The translations under genes and the position numbers were made by a program. 64,000 nt of DNA from Paramoeba atlantica (Eukaryota; Protista; Discosea), in NCBI GenBank assembly GCA_977017575.1, contig CDRNVI010000014.1, forward strand, positions 455,507 to 519,506. The letters run 5' to 3'. Position 1 is the stretch's first letter. Every line of letters begins with the position of its first letter. Positions 51,401-63,200 of this stretch are shown here, one piece after another. The notes below the pieces were generated by a model that was given only the letters and a program-made list of their open reading frames with translations, did not search any database and had not been told where the DNA came from.

Positions 51401-52888
51401 TTCGTTCCAAAGTGATAGATATTGTTTTGACGACCATTTGGCTAGACATTTCCGGACGTGTGAAGCGTAAGAAGTTTTCGCCCTATGACCTCCGCGCCTT
51501 GGGGCCGGAAACACACACTTTGGCAACATTGCAAGGAGCGTCCAAGCCTTAGTCGTGTTTTCCCGGACAGCTGAGGATAGACATTCGCAGAATATTTTGG
51601 CCCATGCTTGTCGGCAACTGTTTGGAATATCCTTGCAGGTGTTGATAGGCGCGGAGCATATGGAGGCTAGGGGCGGCAGAGGTTCGTCGATACTCATCTT
51701 TCCATTCTTGGCCTCTAGGTCAGCGGCTGTCTGTGCAGGTAAGGTGACGACTTCGGTTTGGGCGGCGCGCTCTGAGGGAGTAGTGGTTGCAGAATTGGTA
51801 GGGGCAACGGGTGCTTTCTGTTCTCGAGAGCGTGAGAGTTGAGAGGGTGAGAGTTGAAACTCGCAATGTTTCTCATGGGATTCTTGCTTTCCTAAGTCAT
51901 AGTGTCTGCAGCATTTTACACACAGAAATCTCCCTTCCCCTGTCCACCAAGAGTCTGAGACTTCCTCCCAGTGCTTGTGGGCAACATGGTTATAAAAAGC
52001 TCGCCATTGGCCACCGTGTGGCCCCGTCTTCCATGTACACGTCTCCACTGGACAGTTTCGCTCTTTGATCTGTTGGGTGTCCGTCGTCACATTTGCGGTC
52101 GATAAGCCATTGGCCGTTTCGGTGGTAAGCTCGCGACGCTTGCGTTTTCCATCTGGGGATTCAGAAGCGCTGTCGTTGGGAGGGCATTCTGGGACTGCAC
52201 CATCTCCACTGTCGGTTTCGGACTCTAGGTCTACTCGGGAGTGACGGTCGCTCTTGGGGTGCTTTTTCTTTTTTCGGCCTCCAGGGCTTCTGCTGACAGT
52301 AAAATCCAGGTCCTGTGGCGTGAGGTCAGGGAAAATGACTCTTTGCTCGTCATAGTTGTAACCATTCTGATTAGTTTTTCGGAGATATTTCCCTTTCACA
52401 GCCTGATTTGAAATCGTGAGTTGGCTGGGTGAAGAGGTTCCTAGTCCGGAGAACTTGAGAACAGAGTTTAATTCCTCATCATGACGAACATTGGAGTGAA
52501 CATCCGCTTCCGACATTCCTTCAACGTTCCCCGTATCTGGTGTAGGGCCTGCGCGCGATTTGATGATACTTCGAGCGATTTCTTCGGATCGCTGTGTCAA
52601 TTCCGGAGGAAGATCGTCAGGAAGTTTAGTAGTATACAGCGCCTCATCATATGTGCTTTCCCCGATCGTGAGGTGTTTGTTCGCTTCAAATTGATCCCAA
52701 GAACCCAATTCGTGTGAGGCGGCCTCGTCACCAAAGTTTGATTCTCGCTTTGCTTCGGGGTGTGTCGTGGAATGGGTCGTCGTTTTGTCGGCGTCGGGCA
52801 TAGGGGGGGAGGCTCGTGCCTGAAAAGTAATTGAAATGAAGAAAAATAATTCAACAAGGTACAGAAACTGTATCTTTATCGTTAAAGA
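48449..52888 (-). mobile_element. Full-length family A element (SL 52852-52888, ATG 52801, poly(A) 48449-48469) with a single in-frame TAA at 50252-50254
   Basis: 50252-52801 and 48812-50251 are one frame: NKNL*GNFYILGSPVG; all RT/CCHC/RLE motifs present. Confidence 0.9.
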
Positions 52889-52901
52889 TAAAGTTATCGC
52901 T

Positions 52902-53017
52902 AACACACTTTTTATAAAGAACACACTTTTTATAAAGAACACACTTTTTATAAAGAACACACTTTTTATAAAGAACACACTTTTTATAAAGAACACACTT
53001 TTTATAAAGAACACACT
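52902..53017 (-). repeat. 18-bp tandem array (tctttataaaaagtgtgt on minus strand) x6
   Basis: Lies between a poly(A)-ended 3'-UTR module and the SL of the next element. Confidence 0.95.
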
Positions 53018-53032
53018 TTTTTTTGTCTCTAT

Positions 53033-53290
53033 ATTTTTACTCAGTAGACGAACCAAGTAGGTCCATTGGGGGGGTATATGATTTGTAAACAAGCAATCAA
53101 ATTAGCAATTTCACATGTTGTAGCCCAAAACTAATAATTCAACCTGCCTTAAGTTACAGTATTTATGATTTTGATAACAATAATAATAAAAAGAAGCAAT
53201 TTATGCCCAATTCATTCGCGCGTTCCGGACCGGGTCTTTCGACCACTCCTCGGCCTGACTTGTGAACTTTTTTTTTTTTTTTTTTTTTTT
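53033..53290 (-). repeat. Family A-type 3'-UTR modules
   Basis: ctctatatttttactcagtagacgaaccaagtaggtccattggggg and ttcgcgcgttccggaccgggtctttcgacc blocks. Confidence 0.8.
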
Positions 53291-53454
53291 TTGACGCCTC
53301 AAGACCTCGACTTTTCGTTGAGCGGTGGAACCAAAGTAAGGAAAAAGAAAAAGCGTCCTAAAGGTTTAGACCCCTTTCGGGGCAATACCAATAATGATAG
53401 TCTCACAATGATAGTCTCCTAAATTTCATCTCGTATACTTATAAAGAAATCAAC

Positions 53455-54003
53455 TTAATATGCACTTGCGTACATCCGAGTCTTGCCTTGCGAACTTCCC
53501 AGAAACTGGCGTAACTGGGCGTAGACTTCGTTTCCATTTAAGTCTTGGAGTAATAACTTGAAGTCCATCTCCACTGTCTTCCTATCCAACATGGCTGCAT
53601 CCGCAAGTACATGTCTTGCGTTCTTGTGTTCTGGTGGAGAGAACCGCAAGAAAAGATCGGAAGGCATTGAAACGCGAACTCTGGAATCATACCGGTTGTA
53701 ACGTAGGTATCTTTCTTCCGTTTAATTACGTCTTGCATTAGTTTCACGCAAGTTTTAGATTGGTTCGATGGCGCAAGCTCGTGTATTATAGACACGTCGT
53801 AGAAGATTTCTCCGGTGCTCCAGAAAATGGCCAGATCCGGCCCCGATCGGTATAGCTGTCGACCGGTGCAACATTTTTCATGAGTCATTTTATTCTCGGG
53901 TTCGACCTTTCGGCTACACACACCACACCGCCACGTACTGAAGGCTCGCGGCTCTTTTTCACACGGTATCCCCGCCTTATTGGCTAAGTCGATCTTTCCA
54001 GTT
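53455..54003 (-). pseudogene. Family E RLE 3' fragment with a frameshift near 53625
   Basis: KAGIPCEKEPR..CGVC..HEKCC..GPDL..YDVSIIHELAPS..NGNEVYAQLRQF. Confidence 0.85.
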
Positions 54004-54218
54004 TGCCGGAGCGTAAGTGGGTTTTCCGTGCTCATCAACAAACCTTCAAAATGAAGAGTGTCTCGTCCTGCTTTCAACGAGCACATGATTTTTTTGCATT
54101 CGCATGCCACACTCAGTGCCTTTTTCACCTTTCCAGTGTCGTTTGCTTCGGAGCGCGGGCGAAAGCGAGGGTCCTCCGACGATGTGACATTTGAAAGGAT
54201 CATAAAAGGAATAAAAAT

Positions 54219-54250
54219 CAACAAGGTACAGAAACAACAAGGTACAGAAA
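54219..54250 (-). other. Two tandem 16-nt SL 3' halves (TTTCTGTACCTTGTTG x2) at the edge of the 10-mer array
   Basis: caacaaggtacagaaa at 54219-54234 and 54235-54250. Confidence 0.85.
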
Positions 54251-54254
54251 TGTT

Positions 54255-57200
54255 GGAAGAAAGAGGAAGAAAGAGGAAGAAAGAGGAAGAAAGAGGAAGA
54301 AAGAGGAAGAAAGAGGAAGAAAGAGGAAGAAAGAGGAAGAAAGAGGAAGAAAGAGGAAGAAAGAGGAAGAAAGAGGAAGAAAGAGGAAGAAAGAGGAAGA
54401 AAGAGGAAGAAAGAGGAAGAAAGAGGAAGAAAGAGGAAGAAAGAGGAAGAAAGAGGAAGAAAGAGGAAGAAAGAGGAAGAAAGAGGAAGAAAGAGGAAGA
54501 AAGAGGAAGAAAGAGGAAGAAAGAGGAAGAAAGAGGAAGAAAGAGGAAGAAAGAGGAAGAAAGAGGAAGAAAGAGGAAGAAAGAGGAAGAAAGAGGAAGA
54601 AAGAGGAAGAAAGAGGAAGAAAGAGGAAGAAAGAGGAAGAAAGAGGAAGAAAGAGGAAGAAAGAGGAAGAAAGAGGAAGAAAGAGGAAGAAAGAGGAAGA
54701 AAGAGGAAGAAAGAGGAAGAAAGAGGAAGAAAGAGGAAGAAAGAGGAAGAAAGAGGAAGAAAGAGGAAGAAAGAGGAAGAAAGAGGAAGAAAGAGGAAGA
54801 AAGAGGAAGAAAGAGGAAGAAAGAGGAAGAAAGAGGAAGAAAGAGGAAGAAAGAGGAAGAAAGAGGAAGAAAGAGGAAGAAAGAGGAAGAAAGAGGAAGA
54901 AAGAGGAAGAAAGAGGAAGAAAGAGGAAGAAAGAGGAAGAAAGAGGAAGAAAGAGGAAGAAAGAGGAAGAAAGAGGAAGAAAGAGGAAGAAAGAGGAAGA
55001 AAGAGGAAGAAAGAGGAAGAAAGAGGAAGAAAGAGGAAGAAAGAGGAAGAAAGAGGAAGAAAGAGGAAGAAAGAGGAAGAAAGAGGAAGAAAGAGGAAGA
55101 AAGAGGAAGAAAGAGGAAGAAAGAGGAAGAAAGAGGAAGAAAGAGGAAGAAAGAGGAAGAAAGAGGAAGAAAGAGGAAGAAAGAGGAAGAAAGAGGAAGA
55201 AAGAGGAAGAAAGAGGAAGAAAGAGGAAGAAAGAGGAAGAAAGAGGAAGAAAGAGGAAGAAAGAGGAAGAAAGAGGAAGAAAGAGGAAGAAAGAGGAAGA
55301 AAGAGGAAGAAAGAGGAAGAAAGAGGAAGAAAGAGGAAGAAAGAGGAAGAAAGAGGAAGAAAGAGGAAGAAAGAGGAAGAAAGAGGAAGAAAGAGGAAGA
55401 AAGAGGAAGAAAGAGGAAGAAAGAGGAAGAAAGAGGAAGAAAGAGGAAGAAAGAGGAAGAAAGAGGAAGAAAGAGGAAGAAAGAGGAAGAAAGAGGAAGA
55501 AAGAGGAAGAAAGAGGAAGAAAGAGGAAGAAAGAGGAAGAAAGAGGAAGAAAGAGGAAGAAAGAGGAAGAAAGAGGAAGAAAGAGGAAGAAAGAGGAAGA
55601 AAGAGGAAGAAAGAGGAAGAAAGAGGAAGAAAGAGGAAGAAAGAGGAAGAAAGAGGAAGAAAGAGGAAGAAAGAGGAAGAAAGAGGAAGAAAGAGGAAGA
55701 AAGAGGAAGAAAGAGGAAGAAAGAGGAAGAAAGAGGAAGAAAGAGGAAGAAAGAGGAAGAAAGAGGAAGAAAGAGGAAGAAAGAGGAAGAAAGAGGAAGA
55801 AAGAGGAAGAAAGAGGAAGAAAGAGGAAGAAAGAGGAAGAAAGAGGAAGAAAGAGGAAGAAAGAGGAAGAAAGAGGAAGAAAGAGGAAGAAAGAGGAAGA
55901 AAGAGGAAGAAAGAGGAAGAAAGAGGAAGAAAGAGGAAGAAAGAGGAAGAAAGAGGAAGAAAGAGGAAGAAAGAGGAAGAAAGAGGAAGAAAGAGGAAGA
56001 AAGAGGAAGAAAGAGGAAGAAAGAGGAAGAAAGAGGAAGAAAGAGGAAGAAAGAGGAAGAAAGAGGAAGAAAGAGGAAGAAAGAGGAAGAAAGAGGAAGA
56101 AAGAGGAAGAAAGAGGAAGAAAGAGGAAGAAAGAGGAAGAAAGAGGAAGAAAGAGGAAGAAAGAGGAAGAAAGAGGAAGAAAGAGGAAGAAAGAGGAAGA
56201 AAGAGGAAGAAAGAGGAAGAAAGAGGAAGAAGAGGAAGAAAGAGGAAGAAGAGGAAGAAAGAGGAAGAAAGAGGAAGAAAGAGGAAGAAAGAGGAAGAAA
56301 GAGGAAGAAAGAGGAAGAAAGAGGAAGAAAGAGGAAGAAAGAGGAAGAAAGAGAGAAGAGGAAGAAAGAGGAAGAAAGAGGAAGAAAGAGGAAGAAAGAG
56401 GAAGAAAGAGGAAGAAAGAGGAAGAAAGAGGAAGAAAGAGGAAGAAAGAGGAAGAAAGAGGAAGAAAGAGGAAGAAAGAGGAAGAAAGAGGAAGAAAGAG
56501 GAAGAAAGAGGAAGAAAGAGGAAGAAAGAGGAAGAAAGAGGAGAAAGAGGAAGAAAGAGGAAGAAAGAGGAAGAAAGAGGAAGAAAGAGGAAGAAAGAGG
56601 AAGAAAGAGGAAGAAAGAGGAAGAAAGAGGAAGAAAGAGGAAGAAAGAGGAAGAAAGAGGAAGAAAGAGGAGAAAGAGGAAGAAAGAGGAAGAAAGAGGA
56701 AGAAAGAGGAAGAAAGAGGAAGAAAGAGGAAGAAAGAGGAAGAAAGAGGAAGAAAGAGAAGAAAGAGGAAGAAAGAGGAAGAAAGAGGAAGAAAGAGGAA
56801 GAAAGAGGAAGAAAGAGGAAGAAAGAGGAAGAAAGAGGAAGAAAGAGGAAGAAAGAGGAAGAAGAGGAAGAAAGAGGAAGAAAGAGGAAGAAAGAGGAAG
56901 AAAGAGGAAGAAAGAGGAAGAAAGAGGAAGAAAGAGGAAGAAAGAGGAAGAAAGAGGAAGAAAGAGGAAGAAAGAGGAAGAAAGAGGAAGAAAGAGGAAG
57001 AAAGAGGAAGAAAGAGGAAGAAAGAGGAAGAAAGAGGAAGAAAGAGGAAGAAAGAGGAAGAAAGAGGAAGAAAGAGGAAGAAAGAAGAAAGAGGAAGAAA
57101 GAGGAAGAAAGAGGAAGAAAGAGGAAGAAAGAGGAAGAAAGAGGAAGAAAGAGGAAGAAAGAGGAAGAAAGAGGAAGAAAGAGGAAGAAAGAGGAAGAAA

Positions 57201-60200
57201 GAGGAAGAAAGAGGAAGAAAGAGGAAGAAAGAGGAAGAAAGAGGAAGAAAGAGGAAGAAAGAGGAAGAAAGAGGAAGAAAGAGGAAGAAAGAGGAAGAAA
57301 GAGGAAGAAAGAGGAAGAAAGAGGAAGAAAGAGGAAGAAAGAGGAAGAAAGAGGAAGAAAGAGGAAGAAAGAGGAAGAAAGAGGAAGAAAGAGGAAGAAA
57401 GAGGAAGAAAGAGGAAGAAAGAGGAAGAAAGAGGAAGAAAGAGGAAGAAAGAGGAAGAAAGAGGAAGAAAGAGGAAGAAAGAGGAAGAAAGAGGAAGAAA
57501 GAGGAAGAAAGAGGAAGAAAGAGGAAGAAAGAGGAAGAAAGAGGAAGAAAGAGGAAGAAAGAGGAAGAAAGAGGAAGAAAGAGGAAGAAAGAGGAAGAAA
57601 GAGGAAGAAAGAGGAAGAAAGAGGAAGAAAGAGGAAGAAAGAGGAAGAAAGAGGAAGAAAGAGGAAGAAAGAGGAAGAAAGAGGAAGAAAGAGGAAGAAA
57701 GAGGAAGAAAGAGGAAGAAAGAGGAAGAAAGAGGAAGAAAGAGGAAGAAAGAGGAAGAAAGAGGAAGAAAGAGGAAGAAAGAGGAAGAAAGAGGAAGAAA
57801 GAGGAAGAAAGAGGAAGAAAGAGGAAGAAAGAGGAAGAAAGAGGAAGAAAGAGGAAGAAAGAGGAAGAAAGAGGAAGAAAGAGGAAGAAAGAGGAAGAAA
57901 GAGGAAGAAAGAGGAAGAAAGAGGAAGAAAGAGGAAGAAAGAGGAAGAAAGAGGAAGAAAGAGGAAGAAAGAGGAAGAAAGAGGAAGAAAGAGGAAGAAA
58001 GAGGAAGAAAGAGGAAGAAAGAGGAAGAAAGAGGAAGAAAGAGGAAGAAAGAGGAAGAAAGAGGAAGAAAGAGGAAGAAAGAGGAAGAAAGAGGAAGAAA
58101 GAGGAAGAAAGAGGAAGAAAGAGGAAGAAAGAGGAAGAAAGAGGAAGAAAGAGGAAGAAAGAGAAGAAAGAGGAAGAAAGAGGAAGAAAGAGGAAGAAGA
58201 GGAAGAAAGAGGAAGAAAGAGGAAGAAAGAGGAAGAAAGAGGAAGAAAGAGGAAGAAAGAGGAAGAAAGAGGAAGAAAGAGGAAGAAAGAGGAAGAAAGA
58301 GGAAGAAAGAGGAAGAAAGAGGAAGAAAGAGGAAGAAAGAGGAAGAAAGAGGAAGAAAGAGGAAGAAAGAGGAAGAAAGAGGAAGAAAGAGGAAGAAAGA
58401 GGAAGAAAGAGGAAGAAAGAGGAAGAAAGAGGAAGAAAGAGGAAGAAAGAGGAAGAAAGAGGAAGAAAGAGGAAGAAAGAGGAAGAAAGAGGAAGAAAGA
58501 GGAAGAAAGAGGAAGAAAGAGGAAGAAAGAGGAAGAAAGAGGAAGAAAGAGGAAGAAAGAGGAAGAAAGAGGAAGAAAGAGGAAGAAAGAGGAAGAAAGA
58601 GGAAGAAAGAGGAAGAAAGAGGAAGAAAGAGGAAGAAAGAGGAAGAAAGAGGAAGAAAGAGGAAGAAAGAGGAAGAAAGAGGAAGAAAGAGGAAGAAAGA
58701 GGAAGAAAGAGGAAGAAAGAGGAAGAAAGAGGAAGAAAGAGGAAGAAAGAGGAAGAAAGAGGAAGAAAGAGGAAGAAAGAGGAAGAAAGAGGAAGAAAGA
58801 GGAAGAAAGAGGAAGAAAGAGGAAGAAAGAGGAAGAAAGAGGAAGAAAGAGGAAGAAAGAGGAAGAAAGAGGAAGAAAGAGGAAGAAAGAGGAAGAAAGA
58901 GGAAGAAAGAGGAAGAAAGAGGAAGAAAGAGGAAGAAAGAGGAAGAAAGAGGAAGAAAGAGGAAGAAAGAGAAGAAAGAGGAAGAAAGAGGAAGAAAGAG
59001 GAAGAAAGAGGAAGAAAGAGGAAGAAAGAGGAAGAAAGAGGAAGAAAGAGGAAGAAAGAGGAAGAAAGAGGAAGAAAGAGGAAGAAAGAGGAAGAAAGAG
59101 GAAGAAAGAGGAAGAAAGAGGAAGAAAGAGGAAGAAAGAGGAAGAAAGAGGAAGAAAGAGGAAGAAAGAGGAAGAAAGAGGAAGAAAGAGGAAGAAAGAG
59201 GAAGAAAGAGGAAGAAAGAGGAAGAAAGAGGAAGAAAGAGGAAGAAAGAGGAAGAAAGAGGAAGAAAGAGGAAGAAAGAGGAAGAAAGAGGAAGAAAGAG
59301 GAAGAAAGAGGAAGAAAGAGGAAGAAAGAGAAGAAAGAGGAAGAAAGAGGAAGAAAGAGGAAGAAAGAGGAAGAAAGAGGAAGAAAGAGGAAGAAAGAGG
59401 AAGAAAGAGGAAGAAAGAGGAAGAAAGAGGAAGAAAGAGGAAGAAAGAGGAAGAAAGAGGAAGAAAGAGGAAGAAAGAGGAAGAAAGAGGAAGAAAGAGG
59501 AAGAAAGAGGAAGAAAGAGGAAGAAAGAGGAAGAAAGAGGAAGAAAGAGGAAGAAAGAGGAAGAAAGAGGAAGAAAGAGGAAGAAAGAGGAAGAAAGAGG
59601 AAGAAAGAGGAAGAAAGAGGAAGAAAGAGGAAGAAAGAGGAAGAAAGAGGAAGAAAGAGGAAGAAAGAGGAAGAAAGAGGAAGAAAGAGGAAGAAAGAGG
59701 AAGAAAGAGGAAGAAAGAGGAAGAAAGAGGAAGAAAGAGGAAGAAAGAGGAAGAAAGAGGAAGAAAGAGGAAGAAAGAGGAAGAAAGAGGAAGAAAGAGG
59801 AAGAAAGAGGAAGAAAGAGGAAGAAAGAGGAAGAAAGAGGAAGAAAGAGGAAGAAAGAGGAAGAAAGAGGAAGAAAGAGGAAGAAAGAGGAAGAAAGAGG
59901 AAGAAAGAGGAAGAAAGAGGAAGAAAGAGGAAGAAAGAGGAAGAAAGAGGAAGAAAGAGGAAGAAAGAGGAAGAAAGAGGAAGAAAGAGGAAGAAAGAGG
60001 AAGAAAGAGGAAGAAAGAGGAAGAAAGAGGAAGAAAGAGGAAGAAAGAGGAAGAAAGAGGAAGAAAGAGGAAGAAAGAGGAAGAAAGAGGAAGAAAGAGG
60101 AAGAAAGAGGAAGAAAGAGGAAGAAAGAGGAAGAAAGAGGAAGAAAGAGGAAGAAAGAGGAAGAAAGAGGAAGAAAGAGGAAGAAAGAGGAAGAAAGAGG

Positions 60201-63200
60201 AAGAAAGAGGAAGAAAGAGGAAGAAAGAGGAAGAAAGAGGAAGAAAGAGGAAGAAAGAGGAAGAAAGAGGAAGAAAGAGGAAGAAAGAGGAAGAAAGAGA
60301 AGAAGAGGAAGAAAGAGGAAGAAAGAGGAAGAAAGAGGAAGAAAGAGGAAGAAAGAGGAAGAAAGAGGAAGAAAGAGGAAGAAAGAGGAAGAAAGAGGAA
60401 GAAAGAGGAAGAAAGAGGAAGAAAGAGGAAGAAAGAGGAAGAAAGAGGAAGAAAGAGGAAGAAAGAGGAAGAAAGAGGAAGAAAGAGGAAGAAAGAGGAA
60501 GAAAGAGGAAGAAAGAGGAAGAAAGAGGAAGAAAGAGGAAGAAAGAGGAAGAAAGAGGAAGAAAGAGGAAGAAAGAGGAAGAAAGAGGAAGAAAGAGGAA
60601 GAAAGAGGAAGAAAGAGGAAGAAAGAGGAAGAAAGAGGAAGAAAGAGGAAGAAAGAGGAAGAAAGAGGAAGAAAGAGGAAGAAAGAGGAAGAAAGAGGAA
60701 GAAAGAGGAAGAAAGAGGAAGAAAGAGGAAGAAAGAGGAAGAAAGAGGAAGAAAGAGGAAGAAAGAGGAGAAAGAGGAAGAAAGAGGAAGAAAGAGGAAG
60801 AAAGAGGAAGAAAGAGGAAGAAAGAGGAAGAAAGAGGAAGAAAGAGGAAGAAAGAGGAAGAAAGAGGAAGAAAGAGGAAGAAAGAGGAAGAAAGAGGAAG
60901 AAAGAGGAAGAAAGAGGAAGAAAGAGGAAGAAAGAGGAAGAAAGAGGAAGAAAGAGGAAGAAAGAGGAAGAAAGAGGAAGAAAGAGGAAGAAAGAGGAAG
61001 AAGAGGAAGAAAGAGGAAGAAAGAGGAAGAAAGAGGAAGAAAGAGGAAGAAAGAGGAAGAAAGAGGAAGAAAGAGGAAGAAAGAGGAAGAAAGAGGAAGA
61101 AAGAGGAAGAAAGAGGAAGAAAGAGGAAGAAAGAGGAAGAAAGAGGAAGAAAGAGGAAGAAAGAGGAAGAAAGAGGAAGAAAGAGGAAGAAAGAGGAAGA
61201 AAGAGGAAGAAAGAGGAAGAAAGAGGAAGAAAGAGGAAGAAAGAGGAAGAAAGAGGAAGAAAGAGGAAGAAAGAGGAAGAAAGAGGAAGAAAGAGGAAGA
61301 AAGAGGAAGAAAGAGGAAGAAAGAGGAAGAAAGAGGAAGAAAGAGGAAGAAAGAGGAAGAAAGAGGAAGAAAGAGGAAGAAAGAGGAAGAAAGAGGAAGA
61401 AAGAGGAAGAAAGAGGAAGAAAGAGGAAGAAAGAGGAAGAAAGAGGAAGAAAGAGGAAGAAAGAGGAAGAAAGAGGAGAAAGAGGAAGAAGAGGAAGAAA
61501 GAGGAAGAAAGAGGAAGAAAGAGGAAGAAAGAGGAAGAAAGAGGAAGAAAGAGGAAGAAAGAGGAAGAAAGAGGAAGAAAGAGGAAGAAAGAGGAAGAAA
61601 GAGGAAGAAAGAGGAAGAAAGAGGAAGAAAGAGGAAGAAAGAGGAGAAAGAGGAAGAAAGAGGAAGAAAGAGGAAGAAAGAGGAAGAAAGAGGAAGAAAG
61701 AGGAAGAAAGAGGAAGAAAGAGGAAGAAAGAGGAAGAAAGAGGAAGAAAGAGGAAGAAAGAGGAAGAAAGAGGAAGAAAGAGGAAGAAAGAGGAAGAAAG
61801 AGGAAGAAAGAGGAAGAAAGAGGAAGAAAGAGGAAGAAAGAGGAAGAAAGAGGAAGAAAGAGGAAGAAAGAGGAAGAAAGAGGAAGAAAGAGGAAGAAAG
61901 AGGAAGAAAGAGGAAGAAAGAGGAAGAAAGAGGAAGAAAGAGGAAGAAAGAGGAAGAAAGAGGAAGAAAGAGGAAGAAAGAGGAAGAAAGAGGAAGAAAG
62001 AGGAAGAAAGAGGAAGAAAGAGGAAGAAAGAGGAAGAAAGAGGAAGAAAGAGGAAGAAAGAGGAAGAAAGAGGAAGAAAGAGGAAGAAAGAGGAAGAAAG
62101 AGGAAGAAAGAGGAAGAAAGAGGAAGAAAGAGGAAGAAAGAGGAAGAAAGAGGAAGAAAGAGGAAGAAAGAGGAAGAAAGAGGAAGAAAGAGGAAGAAAG
62201 AGGAAGAAAGAGGAAGAAAGAGGAAGAAAGAGAGAAAGAGGAAGAAAGAGGAAGAAAGAGGAAGAAAGAGGAAGAAAGAGGAAGAAAGAGGAAGAAAGAG
62301 GAAGAAAGAGGAAGAAAGAGGAAGAAAGAGGAAGAAAGAGGAAGAAAGAGGAAGAAAGAGGAAGAAAGAGGAAGAAAGAGGAAGAAAGAGGAAGAAAGAG
62401 GAAGAAAGAGGAAGAAAGAGGAAGAAAGAGGAAGAAAGAGGAAGAAAGAGGAAGAAAGAGGAAGAAAGAGGAAGAAAGAGGAAGAAAGAGGAAGAAAGAG
62501 GAAGAAAGAGGAAGAAAGAGGAAGAAAGAGGAAGAAAGAGGAAGAAAGAGGAAGAAAGAGGAAGAAAGAGGAAGAAAGAGGAAGAAAGAGGAAGAAAGAG
62601 GAAGAAAGAGGAAGAAAGAGGAAGAAAGAGGAAGAAAGAGGAAGAAAGAGGAAGAAAGAGGAAGAAAGAGGAAGAAAGAGGAAGAAAGAGGAAGAAAGAG
62701 GAAGAAAGAGGAAGAAAGAGGAAGAAAGAGGAAGAAAGAGGAAGAAAGAGGAAGAAAGAGGAAGAAGAGGAAGAAAGAGGAAGAAAGAGGAAGAAAGAGG
62801 AAGAAAGAGGAAGAAAGAGGAAGAAAGAGGAAGAAAGAGGAAGAAAGAGGAAGAAAGAGGAAGAAAGAGGAAGAAAGAGGAAGAAAGAGGAAGAAAGAGG
62901 AAGAAAGAGGAAGAAAGAGGAAGAAAGAGGAAGAAAGAGGAAGAAAGAGGAAGAAAGAGGAAGAAAGAGGAAGAAAGAGGAAGAAAGAGGAAGAAAGAGG
63001 AAGAAAGAGGAAGAAAGAGGAAGAAAGAGGAAGAAAGAGGAAGAAAGAGGAAGAAAGAGGAAGAAAGAGGAAGAAAGAGGAAGAAAGAGGAAGAAAGAGG
63101 AAGAAAGAGGAAGAAAGAGGAAGAAAGAGGAAGAAAGAGGAAGAAAGAGGAAGAAAGAGGAAGAAAGAGGAAGAAAGAGGAAGAAAGAGGAAGAAAGAGG

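Noticed and set aside
1-54250. rRNA, tRNA or U2 snRNA target genes, as used by R2, Utopia and similar elements
   Set aside because: I recognised no conserved rRNA, tRNA or U2 sequence by eye. An Rfam scan would be needed to exclude divergent ones.
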